Positions 42,351 through 56,473 of a stretch of 64,000 nucleotides of DNA are shown piece by piece. The notes under the pieces are model-generated. The model was not told where the DNA came from and did not search any database. It worked only from the letters and a program-made list of their open reading frames with translations. The translations under genes and the position numbers were made by a program. The stretch is from positions 56,420,001 through 56,484,000 of the forward strand of contig NC_088854.1 in NCBI RefSeq assembly GCF_963853765.1, written 5' to 3'. The DNA is from Magallana gigas (lineage: Eukaryota). The stretch's first letter is position 1; the number at the start of each line of letters is the position of its first letter.

Positions 42351-45023
42351 CTCTTCTCAGCAGTCCGTTATACTTTTGTCTATAGTAAATACTCAGAGCA
42401 GCACCACTATTGTCAATGGAGCCACCGATAAATCAAGCTCAGTGAGGCCGCCTGGGTGGTCCATTGCCTTGTTTTGTGGATCTATAAGTCCCTAACCAGG
42501 CCCGTCCTTACCCTACATATGTCTACATGTTCAGGGTCCGATAGGGCCCCATTCGAGCTGCTGCTGTAGATGAAGGAAGCAGATCCCTCAGGTGAGTGGG
42601 CGTGGCCTGCTGCAGTCTCCTCCGTCACATCGTCACGGACTCAGGTGTTTTGGTTGTAGAATGTGATGATGCACCTGTGTAATGAATGTCATACCTTCTG
42701 TGTGATTCAAATGTTGTTATTCTCCAGAGCACGGAAAACTGGGCCCTCCGCCCCCTTTAGGGCGAGTTAAACATTCTTTACGGTTTTGAAAAAACTTAAA
42801 TACTAGAAAACACACACAAGAAAAATAAAGAGAGAGCCCGAGGAAAGCAACGTGAAGACGTATTACGTAAAAATAAAAGCATCAGATATAGAACAGATTA
42901 ATAAAAGCATCAGATATAGAACAGATTAATAAACATTTAAATCAAATACGTAAAAGTCGACTCTGATATACACACATTCATTACGAGATGTAAGAAGTTT
43001 ATTCAAGTGATAAATTAAGCATCCAGAGGGCTAAAGCAAAGGTTGTACCGAGAAATGCATTCACTCTGTGTAGGGGGATCCTTTGTAGAAACAGCAAAGC
43101 TATGCTACAATAATCAAATACCAGAGACCCGAAGACAGCAATCCTTATAGCATGATAATCACTAGCTACTATAATAAAATTAGTTAACTATATTTAGTAT
43201 ATTTATCGCTTCTACAGTGTACAAAATCATTTATTCAAGGAAATTTCACATTAAAAGGAATCACATCTTTCACACCTCTAAATGCTAGTTTGATTCAATA
43301 TCAACTTTACAAACTGAACTATTCGTTGATTTTGGAGCGGAATTTGATTCTATAAATGCTACTTTATTGAGACACTTAATATGTCGCGCTCGTTTAAAAT
43401 TTTAGAATGTAATGACTGTGGTTTTTGGTTTTGATGCTTTGGTAAAAAAAATTAGATTTTTTTTTATCATTGTATTTCAATGTAAAATTGTATATCCTTA
43501 TTAAGGGTCCTCTCGCTTTAACCATTTGGACCAAAGATTTCATATATGAAAAGAACTTCTTTAGCGACAAATACATTATACAAATTAGCGTTTCATGCCA
43601 TTCAGAAATATTTTTAGAATGCATTAAAGTCAAAAAATTTGATGGGATTCAGTTTTTGGCATTGTATATGTATTAGCCAGATTGTTGATCTATTTGTTGA
43701 TATATCATCACTACGAATACATGTATTAGTAACTTCTCACCAACTCCTTTTTGAAATCACTGTTAAATTTATTAAATATACCAATTTTTTAGGACGAAAC
43801 TCCACTATACAATATCTACTAAGATTTTTAAAAATCTAACTGTTTTATATTGTCTACAGTCTTAGAAAAGAAAACCTGAAACGTTCTGATATACACAATG
43901 TACACGGAGCTTTCTTTGATATACCCGATGAATCAAATACACTGATGAAGGAGTTTCACATAATACATGTATGACCATCCTGGTTTCCGGGAGCGATGCT
44001 TTGAACAAATATGAATTTATCTGCATGATAGATGTACATGTACATGAAAGCTTTGAAAATACTATCTGGCTTTGATTGAAAATTTTAGACACTTATCATA
44101 TCTTCGTTGTCCTTATTATTTCTTCTCTTCTCTTACTTTTTTCTTTCTCTCAACCAATTTCATGCTTCGCCTTACTGGGCAGACAAAATATAGAACAAAT
44201 GAGGAAACGGATTAGTGTAAGTTTCACAACTTGTTTCAGAATCCTGTTGTAATACATTTCAACATGTACAGCTTTGAAAATATTATCTGGTTGGATGGAA
44301 AATTTTAAACACCCATCAGATCCTCTTTATTCTTATTATCGTTCCTTCCCTTCTTTATTACACTGAGTTAAATTAATAAGTTACGATGTAGTAGGGACCC
44401 GCCTTAACTCGAAGAATCTATTTACCATCAAATTTCGGTTTACAGGCGAGCAAAACCCCTATGTATTGAAAGGACCGTGTCTTATACAATAATATCCCCA
44501 CATACACTAAAAATCATGTTATGGTTTATCTATGATATATATGCTAAGATATTGGTCAATTTTTAGTGTTTTTTTTTTAATTCTAATTTTATTGACATGA
44601 TACAGTAACATGGGTTTTATTTGACTGGTTTCAAATAAAACATAGCATTTGATCATCATGCCTTACTCCCACTCTTAGCTACCCCTACCCCTCATTAAGA
44701 TCTTTATTCTCCAGTGTATAAAGGTCATTGATATAGTTTGAATCCGTGTAGATCTACTCAGGAAAGACAGATAGATGCTATGTCTGATAGAACGTAGAGC
44801 ACTGATCTGTATTGTATATTGTCATGAAATCTGCATCTTTGGGTAGGAATCCTTAGTCGAAATTGGCTTCCTTTAGCGCTTATATCAGCGGAATCTGTTT
44901 TACTGGCCGATTTTTACATGGTATCATAAAATATTGAGGATATTGATCAGTTAATGGCTAGGATTAAAGTCTTAATCTTTCCCGAATTTGCCAACCAGCC
45001 AAATAAATTCTATGAATGAATAA

Positions 45024-45026
<3 letters not shown>

Positions 45027-45083
<57 letters not shown>
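45027..45083. repeat. (GA)n microsatellite
   Basis: Directly visible. Confidence 0.97.
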
Positions 45084-45086
<3 letters not shown>

Positions 45087-47010
45087 TTTGATTGATGGTC
45101 AGAAACCAACTTCATACATATTAAGATTTCAGTTAAATTATATGAAAATTGCTTATTATTGATCTATTACTACTTGTTAATAATTTAATCCAAAATTGCA
45201 TTGTGAAAAATGCAATAAATAAAATTAAATCAAACATTCAAATTCTGCGAAAGACTACATTGTAGGAACAAACTCAGGCCGAGTGTTTAAGAATAGTTGA
45301 TAAGAATTCTCGATCAAAAAAAATGTTAAGATGCTGAAAGTCTGAAATATTACGTAAATGAAATCAACTCACTGATTATCTAGCCAATCAAACCTAAAAT
45401 GTTGATTTGCGGCTGTACATAGCGTTATGCAGCCATGCAAAATTGCCTGTTTTATAAAAGTCGTTATCGATTTCATTTCTCGGCATTTGACTTTTACTCT
45501 AGCATTCATTATACAATAGGTACACATTCAATGAATTATTCAGCAAGCTTAACTAAGATGAACCTAAGACCTATGCTTCTACAAGAAATGATACCCTATA
45601 TTTCCTGTTATTACACATTTATATCGGTAATGCGTCTTGAATATTCTGTGGGCTTGACCTGAAATGACCAGTAGCTCTTTGTCCCGTGCTTTTGTCAGCT
45701 GCAGAAAGTTTACATTCTGTCTGTCTGATTCCACAATTAAAACGCCTGTCTATCTGTCTGTTTGATACAGGAATATCAATTTCCATTGTAAATCAAAAAA
45801 AAAATTCAAAATATTTTTTTTTAAATGTGTCTTTCCAATATAATTGGGGATGCTTTTTTGAGATACGTATTAAAGTTTAGATCAAATATTTTGTCATTTT
45901 TACATGATTAAATATCTATATTGTAGACCTTTAGAAAAATTGATATTAGTTTCCTGGAATGTTTTGATATATTTGATAAATTAATATAATTTATCTACCA
46001 AATACACATAATTAAATCTCATGTATTTTGCTATTCAGATAAGCTATTCTCAAAATCAACAAACAGTCCAATTTAAAATGATGATTTAAAATATTCGTCA
46101 CAATACGAACAAGTGTCTGTGTCAATTTAAAAGACACCACCACTTTTTGTCAGATCGATATGTTTTGTCTGTGAGGGCGGTAGAGCAGAGAGCTAACGGA
46201 ATGCACTACTACGGGGTTCCCCGGCCGATCACTCTCTCGTAATCCAGCGACATTCACCGGGACCAATACAACGGTGCAGTTTAATTCATTCATAAAGGGA
46301 CTGCCACGGTTGACTCATTCCTGTTTACGCAGAGCGTACGAAAATATGACTTGGACGAATTAATTTCAATCTGGCATATCAAAGGACATGTTGTGAAGCT
46401 GGGAGAGATAGGCCGCGGGCTGGGGAGTATCTACAGGTAAGTAGCCATGATTAACATCTGATCAATGTTCTGGAAGCTCCCTACTGTCATTTCTCTTCGT
46501 AAAACGTCTGCCTGTCCGGACCGCGATACAGAAATGCCGACATAGAGGTTTGCTATGTTTATTCATAGTGGGCGTTGCCAGAGACGCGGATTACTTCCAT
46601 ATATAGAAATGGCCGTACTCCAGATAATTGACGGTAATAAATTTTTACACCAAGTGTGTAAATTTGGACATTTGTTTATACTATCAATATCTACATGTTT
46701 TTGGACAGCCAAGTTTAGCCACGTGACTCCTGAAGCCAATCCTGGAACGCTTGATAAATTACTCCAGCAGTCCTGACATAATATATAGAAGAGCTGCAGG
46801 TAGAATCTGGTATCATTTGAAACTGTGTCTGGAAAGTTAAGGAGTCAGCGCTAGCTGGGAGGCTTATTACTGTGTTAGGTATATAAGATACGTTGCCCTC
46901 TCCAGTCGGTCTTTTTAATCTGTGCAACCAACCTTGCTGCATCCTATAGTAAGGAAGGCCTGCTTTCACTTTTGCCTTTTGTTTCACTTTGTAGGAAATA
47001 GTTCATCGAC

Positions 47011-50000
47011 ATGTCTCAGACGAGGGAAACGGTCACTGAGAAGAGGACAGTCATCAAGTCCTCTTCGGGGTCCTCTGGTGGTTTTGATAATAAACCTTCA
47101 ATGGATCACATGGACGTCAACTTTAGGTCCAGCATCACCCCGCGCCGGAGCAACGTCATCCAGCGTAGCTCCACCGGTCCAGGGTTCCGCCAGAGTATGG
47201 GGGGTAGTAGCAGTGGGGGAACCTCGTATGTCAGGACGGTGGAGTACGGCTATGGGTCCAAAATGGACTCTGGTTTGGGACCAGGGGGATACGAGAAGGT
47301 GTCCTCAACCGGAGTGTCCACGGTGAAAAATAGCCGAGAAAGGGAAAAGAAAGACATGCAGGAACTGAACGAGAGATTCGCAAACTACATTGAGAAGGTC
47401 CGGTTCTTGGAGGCCCAGAACCGTAAGTTAGCATCGGAACTGGAAACCCTGAGGGATAAATGGGGCCAGGAAACTAGTGCTGTGAAACAAATGTATGAGT
47501 CGGAATTAGCAGAGGCCCGGAAACTGATAGACGACCTGACCCGGGAAAAGACAAACCTGGAAATCAAGAACCAGAGTCTGCAAGAGCAGATGCAGGACAT
47601 GCAAAGACAGTAAGTATATAAGTATAGACCTGGTAAATCAAGTAGAGCCATCTCAACCCCGTCAGAGGCCGGCGGGGGTCAACACTCTCATATCTTGTTG
47701 TTTGCACTATATTTCAAAACCATAAATCACTTTTGGGGTATGTAATTGAAATCAGCTGACGAATTCGTTTGTAGTGCTGTTTCTTGGAGTGTTTGACAGA
47801 TACCTGTCTCCATTAATGCATTTATATCATGCTTTCCTAAATGTATCTGTCAAATTTTATTAGCGAGAAAATTTTATGAGAATGTTAAATTTTGATCAAT
47901 TTTCATGAAGATCTAACATTTGCTGTTCATAGTTAATTACGAGTAGTGTAGTTTGATGACTGAAAGTAATGGGAGACCTGAAAGCGAAAGTGTAGTGTAT
48001 GTCAACTAAATCTGAAGTAGTTCCTACAGCGAGGTTTCTTTCTTATGTTGCACAACAATACAAAGTAAATACCAGTTTCTATTCATCCGCTTACCAAGCC
48101 CCCGATCTACCGTAGGTCTGCATTATTCTTAACGATCTACCTGTGTCTAAATGACCAATAAATCAAATCCTTTGGGGGACCGGAGTTAGGAGGGGGCGTG
48201 GGGCACCTGTTTTTACCTGGCGACCCAGAAATCGCTGTCTTTAAAAAATAAAATAAATAGGACAACAGTTTGATCTGATCCGAAACTTTCTGTATGATTA
48301 GAATTAAACAAACACGTTTAAAATGTAAATGAACCCCGACCCCGCATGTATGCTTGAAGAATTTGTATTGCTGTCAAACCGGTTATTTTGACGGTGAGTT
48401 AACATTACAGACTCGTTATAGAAAACGAGACGGAAAAACGAAATACACAGAGAGGGGATAAGCTAAAAGTAACAAAACATCCTACATGAATTTTGTCCAC
48501 CGTTTAACCCTTTTCCCGTGGGGGACAGTTTCTTATGTAGTTATAAATGGGAGAGATCCTCAGCTATCATTGATCAAGGCGGACCCGGTACCGCGGTGTG
48601 AACTCAGATGTTCAACAGAGGTTAAGGGAAGGGCCTTGATCCAACTACTTCAAAGTCCATATATATGTACGAATAATTCAGGTGTTACTTGATAATCCCC
48701 GTACATCGTCACAGTCTGTTCACAACTCTTGCATGTTTAACACACTCAGTTTACAAGTAAATCCTGTCAAGTTTTCTTTGGTTCTCTATAATTGCACAAG
48801 CTTTATTGTTATATTCTGGGGCGATTTAACATTTCAAAGCTCGGCTTCGTGTGTCACTGTAGGTAGGAATAGTAAATAACAGATTCTTATTTCACTTTTA
48901 AAGTGTATAGAATGTTGACTTGGCCTTGGGGGTTAAAAAAGCGATTCAAATCGGATATTTCAATGAACATTGATTTAGAAGTATTTATGCAAAGCGTGTT
49001 ATATAAACAATAACTAAATCCAGGATTCTTCAAGCGAAACTTTAGAGTAAATAGTGAAACATTAACGTTAAAGTTAAAGTTATGATAGGGTAGTTTTTCA
49101 AAGAGCTTTAAGGAATTTTTGTAATTCTAATGTTCTAAGAGTGTTTACTATTATGTAATGAAAAACCTTTTCACTAAACACAAAAAGCAAAACGCTTTGA
49201 AAAGGGAAAATGTATTAAATTATAATAATTTAAAATGAAAAAAAATAGTTTGGGTTTTCCCATAGACTGATTTTATAATCTGCATTGTTATGCCTCAGTA
49301 AATTTGTGAAAAATCGCACAAAGTTAAAAAAAGCGTGAATAATTTCTGGATTTGTCAGACTCCCTTAGATAGCATCTATCCCGTTAGAGAACAGCAACGA
49401 TCGATGCCCAGAGCTACCGATCCGTGCGGGCAGGAATCCGAGGTGTTCCGAAACAGCACCTGTCTGCGATAAAATCTAGATAACGATGACAATGAGATTG
49501 TCAGCATTAGCATTAAATCTTGGCTTGAGGGTATCAATGACCTCTTCATTACCTATATAGTACTTAACTACTTACAATGTTAATTTATATCGCATATATA
49601 GTAAAGCCATAAGTCACCTTTACATCCGCTGCATCACAAAAACTATCAATATGCTATGTTCGAATGATTATTCGTGAAATATTTAACAAGATAACAAAAT
49701 GATATAGATATGGTTTCTTTTGTCTCGCAGACTGGATGATGCCAAGAAATACCGCAACCAAGACAGAGAAACCATTGGCAGGCTGAACCAGCAGGTATCT
49801 GACCTCGAGGCGGAAGTGAACCTTCTCCGCCGAACCGTGGACTCCTTGGAGACGGACAGAAGCCGTGACCGTGAAAGGATCAAGAACTTGGAGGCCGAGG
49901 TCGACAGACTCAGACTGGTGAGTAATACAGAATTCGAAAAAAGGGGGAGGGGGTTATCGCTGAAGCTGGTTAAGGCCACCTGTTAAAATGGCGAATATTG

Positions 50001-53000
50001 TCAAAGATCAGTGCTTCCATGCTTATGTCAACCCTTGATTATAGTGAAAGGTCAAAGGGCACCCTGTAAAATTATGAAAATCGTCAAAGGTTATAGCGTA
50101 CCACATCAAACGAATATGACTTAGGGGGAAATCTAAACTTATGGGAGAAAAGACAGAAAAATAGGGATAGTATTTGTCCTTGATTAGCTGAGTATCATAG
50201 CGCCATTGGTACATTGATGCACTAGACTGGAGTCCACATTCCCCACATCAACATCAATATTCATATTCAATGAGGACTAATATTGCTGTCTAATGACCAT
50301 TTCCATTTAATTTCGATTAGGCTAATTACTATCACCAGAAGTGAAATACCCTAAAGTAAAGTATTTGTCTGGGTCTTATGCTTGGCATTGCATCGACGAT
50401 ACTCTCCAAACATTGGAAATACTGGCTGGAGGATGTTCTCTGTGTAATTTGTAGATATGTTTTGACTTAATGTATTATTTATTAACATTTCACCTCGATG
50501 TCCATCTCTGGCAATTGTTTAACGATGCTGGAATAATCAGTTTGGCAATTCCCCACCCAGACTTATCGAACCGGGAGCCCGTGCCAAAATGGCTAAATAA
50601 GCATTATATAGGAGAGCCTTCGCTCATCCAGACACTTTAACATGTAGACTATTATTGATGATGAACTTCAAAGCATTTTAATAGATACCGTAGATTTGGC
50701 AACTGAAGTATGAGTATAAGCGAAAACTGGTATATCACCAAAAAATATTACAAAAAAAATTTGATGTATCATGCCAAAATGGATAGGGCAGTTATCCGAT
50801 TCAAAACGTTTTATTTTACACTTCGTGCTGTATAGGTATCTGTTGATTGCAGTTTATTACATGTTTGAGCTTCGTTAGTTTCTAAACATTTCAGTGATGA
50901 TTTGCTTGCACAGCATTTTCCGATTTATCAATTATTCTGAACAGCACAAATTCGCGTCAAGGAAATGAAGCAGCGACAGCATCATAATCATCCATCAGAT
51001 ATTCTGTAGTTGGTTTTCAGTGCGTTTTTGTATTGTAAAGTCGTTCACCAAAGTATTTGTGCTTGTGATCGAATCCCTCGATCGAAGCTCGAGCCGTTAT
51101 TATGAAGCCCAAATACATGCAGCCTTTTGTTTCATAGAAATGGAAACTTGATCAGTATAAGGCGATGTCCTTTCATGCTCCACATAAGTCGCATGGGTCA
51201 AAAGGTCAAGTCTATTATCGCCGATATGTGAAGAAAATTTAAGAACGGTTATTGATTCAAAATAAGACCTTGGTTATGGCTTAACTACAAACTTTATGGC
51301 AAAGGCTTTGCAGGCTGTATCATCTGTTTATATTTTATGTAAAACCCCTGTTAATGGAACCAAATATAGGAGGTTTATTTCACTTAACCAGTCGGGAATC
51401 AAAGTACAGTCTTATAAAATTCTTATTAGGCGATCCATTTCGACATTAAATAAGTTTAATTGCAATCCCAGAGCATAAAACATGTCTACCTTAACTGGAA
51501 CTCTGTGAAGCCTCGTCAAGCTTAAATGGGTACTTTTATTAGTCTAGTCTAGTCTATAGGTAATTAGACTTTTAAACCATTTTGATTTTTCCAGGACTTG
51601 AACAACGAAACCCTTGCCCACCTCGACGCCGAAAACAGAAGACAGACCCTGGAGGAAGAGATTGAATTCCTGAAGAAGGTCCATGAACAGGTAAGTAGAA
51701 CAAAATGCTTAAATATGTAATACATATGTATAAGATCTACCTATTGAATATGTACATGTTTTTGTTATCATGGTTTTTGTCCATGTTTTTGTTTTAAATA
51801 AAAACAATGCAACATTATGAAAATGAAAACGCAAAATTAGGCTAAGCACAATGCATAATATGGTTTTAATGATAATGATATACCATCTTACATTAGACCG
51901 TTTATTAGTCGAGCTGTCAACTGGGAAATAAAAAGAAATCTTGCTTTACTTTTAGTTTACAGTGTAGGTGTGGGAAATACGATCCTAAAGCTACTAGTAT
52001 TATATTCAGCGGAATGTGGCTGCTTATCACCATTTATAGCACATTAATGCAGGCATAAAAGTGTCGATAAGCACATTAGCATATCCTATTATCACAATGA
52101 CGAATAACCATTATGATTGTCCTTACAGGAACTGAAGGAGTTAGCTGCCCTTGCCTACCGGGACACCACCGAAGAGAATCGGGAATTCTGGAAGTCGGAA
52201 CTTTCTCAAGCCATCCGTGACATCCAGAAGGAGTATGACAACAAGGTGGACCAGATCCGAGGGGACATGGAGGGCTTCTACAACCTCAAGGTACGTCACA
52301 ACCTCCGGCTGAATGAATATTGTCTGTTCTTTGTGAATTTGGGCATGCATGATTGATGTTTTGTTTTTCTCAGATCCAAGAATTCCGTACTGGGGCTACT
52401 AAACAGAACATGGAAGTTACCCACATAAAGGAGGAGAACAAGAAACTCATGAAACAGATCTCCGACCAAAAGGGAAGACTTGCCGATTTAGAAGCTAGAG
52501 TAAGTAACAGATAATGACTCGAATCAAACACTAGCTCCACTGAAATTTATAAAATAAAATTGTCAAAGAAAGCAACTTTTCTTAACTTTGGGTATTTTCT
52601 CATTAGAACGCCTTATTAGAGAAACAATATCAAGATCTCCTCCGTGAATATGAAACAATTGAATCTGAGCACACAGTTGAGACAACAAGACTTAAGGAAG
52701 AGATCACCAGCCTAAGAGCCGAGATGGAAGGCATTCTACAAGAACTGCAGACCATCATGGACCACAAATTATCCCTGGAACTCGAGATTGCCGCTTACAG
52801 AAAACTACTGGAATCCGAAGAAAGCCGGTATGCTATATTGAGTATTAAAATTTAGTAAATTCATGATCTTAATAGTACTGGTTAAGTCCTTATCACTATG
52901 TTATCAGTAATACATTATGTTGACGATGTGGAGCAAGACCCTAACGTTTGTTATTTGTTTCTTTCTAATGCTGTCGTGCTGGTGGTGGTATGTGGCTACT

Positions 53001-56000
53001 TTACTTTTATCAAACAACAATTAGATATGTTCGTGGTATAGTAGCAAGCGTAGCTGCTCTACGCCATCCATCATGGCGAACCCAAAGAATGCAACCAAAC
53101 AATTTCACTGAACCAGACGAGGAGCCCCAGGATTTCCCTGAACCTAAACCTGTCCCTGAACCCAAAATGGATATGGATGACGACAGAGCGGAACGAGACA
53201 TAACCCCTGATGAGGACAACAAACCACTAGAGGAGGAAACCCCTGCTGTGGAAATCCCGCTGAATGAAGAGTCTGAACAACCAGAAACAACTGAAGAGGT
53301 GGTGGAAAATACAGCCGACGATGGAAATCCGGAAGATGACAACGCCCAGAAAGAAGAACCAGTGGAAGGTGGAGACGATGCAGACACAGCTGGTGAAAAT
53401 GAGGTGGAACAAGAAGGAGCTACAGAGATTACAGAGGCACAAAAAGAAGAAAGCAAAGAAGCAGATATTCAAAGTGAGGACAAAGACGAAACCAAAGAAA
53501 CGGGTGATAAACAGAAAAACACAGATGAGAAAAAAGAAGCTGACCAGAAAGAAGACAACGTGGATGATAAGAACGCCGAAGGAAATGATGAGAAAGAAAC
53601 TCCAGAGAGAGAGGTTGAGGACTCTGGTGTCGCTAATGATAAAGAGGGAAATGATAATCAGGATGATGGAGAAAAGGGTGAAGAGAAACCTGTAGAAGAC
53701 TCAAATGAGAAAGACATTCAGAAGTATAAAACTGACACTGAAGAGATTGATAGTAAAGTAAGAGATGAGGAAGCAGAGGACACACAAAAAGAATCTAAAG
53801 ACCAAAGCCAGGACCAGGACGACGAGGTTAAAGAAGACGTAAAAGAAGATAAGACTAATGATGATGCTGATGTTAAAACTGACGATAAGTTAGACGATAA
53901 GACTGATGATAAGGTTGAAGACAAGACAGATGATGAAAAGAAAGATTCGCAAGACATTGAGCAAGAGAAAGAAACCCCTACAGTGAATGGGGATGCAAAA
54001 GAACCTGGGGATGACGACGAAGGTTCCATGCACTATATTGGATACTTTTTGTTTTCCACAATCACCACTATGCATGCTTTAAGCAGGATGTGCTGTCACC
54101 TTTAATACTAACTTTTATCATTTATTTTTTTCCTTTTAAACCATTCATGTGCTACTCATGATTCCATATTTGTCATACTAGGTATAACCCAATTTTGAGG
54201 CTTCGTACCGATGTAAATGACTCCATCGAAGTTCATGATAATGAGGTTAACCCGAGGGGAGGTAACTCGTGCACATCGCCACATAATATCATATCTACCC
54301 AGATGCATGCTTTGTCCTCCTCTGTGCAGCTTTTGATATTGTGTATTCGCTATTCATTATATTTTTAGTTTCAGACCTCACTGGGTTTAGCGACCACTCA
54401 ATGTTGTAGATTCTTTACATGTTGTCTTCACCGTTTTGCTGTATTTTTGTCGTTGTTATATCAACCAGCTTTTTATTCAATGCACACAGGGTGGGACTTA
54501 GAAACTTTGTTGAACAGACCACAACTTCCCAGACTCGGGGTGGCGCGCACTTGTCCGAAATGATCCAAGGCTATGAGCAGAAGGGTGGTGCGTATCCCAG
54601 ACTACAGAGACCATTAACACTCTTACTAATACGGGTGCGGCAGTAGAAATCAAATACATTCACTGAATGTCATTTTCATTTTAGTTTCTTTATAGGTTTG
54701 GGAATGGTGTTAATTGATAAAGATGTCTCATACTATCACAATTATTCTTCGAAGTACCATCGTAACTAAATTGGAGATAGGTGACAGGTGGAGCATGCTA
54801 CATATATAATTAAGTTCTCTATTCTGCAATATTTTAAAATTATTTGTAACCAGTTGCCTGAAATCTTTACACATAAATATTCAATTGCATCGCTATTTGT
54901 ATCATACCGGCATTTAGTCATATATTTCTAAATAAACCTTATAAATGTATATATGTATAAACTTTTAAAAGAAAGTGTATCAACGTATATTATGTACATT
55001 GCATGCATCTTCAAATTTAAAATCGATTTAAAAACATAATGAATCGGATTTTTTCATAATACATCTATTTCAATCCTGTATAATGCCAATCTCTTAGAAT
55101 CGCACCAAACCATGAAGATGATGAGAGGGGAGGTCTCAGCTAAGACAACCTTCCAGAGAACAGCTAACGGACCACTGACCATCTCCGAAGTCTGTCCAGA
55201 GGGAAAATACATCAGCATAGAGAACACCACCAGTGGAGCCAACCGTAGGGTAAGGGCAACAGTAAAAAACAAGATGCTTCAACAAAAATGTCTGTGATCA
55301 ATTTCTCTGATTTATAACTATCACTTATTATTTCCAACAGGAAGTTAACATGGATGGATGGAGGCTGAAGAGAACGGTTGATGGCAAGAGAGATTACATC
55401 TACATGTTTAGAAACTTTACTCTTAAACCCGGCAAAGTTGTCAAGGTAAGGGAAAATTAACCAATTAATAATATAAGTATATTCTGTTATTGGTCATTTT
55501 AGATCTAAATTTAGACAACCAGTCATTAATTAAGGTGGTATGAGACACCTCCATGTTATGACGTGTTATTTATCGAAATAAACAATAAATCAAGTATAAT
55601 TATATAAATAGTTTCTTTCCCAAAATCGTCATCTAACAGCTAAGTGCAGTGGGTTAGAGAGTTCACTACGGATCTGTAAGTCATGAGTTCGAATCCCGGG
55701 GAGACTTTTGAAATGTTTAAATTTTCAATTTTTTTTTAAACCTTAACGTACTTTTGGTTAAATATTGTAAAATTTGAAAATTCTAAACCGGTAAAAGTAG
55801 TTTGACTTAAAATATACTTTGATCCACATTAATAACGACAGGTATCCCATACCACCTAAGCATTGGTTTTAAACCTTTGTATTTTGCACGTTGTCCTGTT
55901 ATTGGTTATTGTATTTAAATGACCAATCATCATACTTGTGTATTACTCCACTTGTCCTGACGCCCTGTGTCTGTTTATTGTAGATCTACTCCCGTGGCTC

Positions 56001-56473
56001 GGCTGCCGACGCCAGTGTTAACGACTTGGTGTACAGGGACGACGACTCTTGGGGCGTGGGATCCCAGGTCACCACTGTCCTTCTGAACGAGAGCAGCGAG
56101 GTAAGCCCAGCTAATTAAACCACCGTACTTACTGAACAAATTCACTCCGTTCTAAAAAAAAGTTAAGCTTTACCTTTAGACAAGGAACTCCGGAAATGTT
56201 TAGGAAAATTTACAAACTTTATTACTGAAATATTTCGATTTGTTCTCTAAATAATATGGTTTATTAATACGCATGTACTAAGTTTTTAAGGTTGGTATGG
56301 TAGGTAAATTATTGACCATCCAGCTTCCTATTTAACATGTTTCTTTAATGTTTTTTTTTATTTTTCCTGACCTTTTTAAATAGGTTAAAGGAGTAAGTGC
56401 AAGATAATGAATTAAGCCGTTATGTATTTTTCAGGAGAAGGCAACACACACACAGAAGACTCTTTACAACTAA
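47011..56473 (+). CDS. Molluscan neurofilament-type cytoplasmic intermediate filament protein with lamin tail domain (squid NF60/NF70-like)
   Basis: Exons 47011-47609, 49731-49917, 51595-51690, 52129-52290, 52374-52499, 52607-52827, 54490-54587, 55098-55249, 55341-55445, 55984-56100, 56435-56473; phases consistent. Coil 1A LNERFANYIEKVRFLEAQN, rod end LELEIAAYRKLLESEESR, LTD (GKYISIEN, MDGWRLKR, DSWGVG). Ends QKTLYN* with no CaaX, so not a lamin. ELAALAYRDTT.ENREFW and EFRTGATKQNMEV match squid neurofilament as recalled. Confidence 0.92.
53025..54022 (+). CDS. Candidate alternative exon encoding a ~330-aa Asp/Glu/Lys-rich neurofilament tail
   Basis: Stop-free frame of >1 kb inside the intron after the rod-end exon. 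Phase-2 acceptors at 53025 (TTAG) and 53088; phase-1 donor candidate at 54022/54023, or read-through to the stop at 54105. Confidence 0.7.
55534..55856. mobile_element. Kolobok-like TTAA-flanked non-autonomous transposon carrying a tRNA-like segment
   Basis: TTAA|GGTGGTATGAGACACCT ... AGGTATCCCATACCACC|TAAG imperfect TIRs; internal 55638-55702 has an A-box-like CAGTGGGTTAGAG and B-box GTTCGAATCC. Confidence 0.7.

Noticed and set aside
46140-46530. REST/NRSE element near the putative non-coding first exon (donor ~46437) of the neurofilament gene
   Set aside because: Only a GGACAG half-site on the minus strand; no full consensus.
53010-54075. Minus-strand and alternate-frame ORFs over the acidic exon
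   Set aside because: Shadow ORFs of a low-complexity purine-rich coding strand.
54023-54105. Read-through C-terminus ...SRMCCHL* as a lamin-like CaaX prenylation signal
   Set aside because: His at the a2 position is non-canonical, and the segment looks like intron read-through; it cannot be supported without transcripts.
55638-55702. Functional tRNA gene
   Set aside because: Acceptor and anticodon stems do not pair convincingly, and it sits inside a TIR element.
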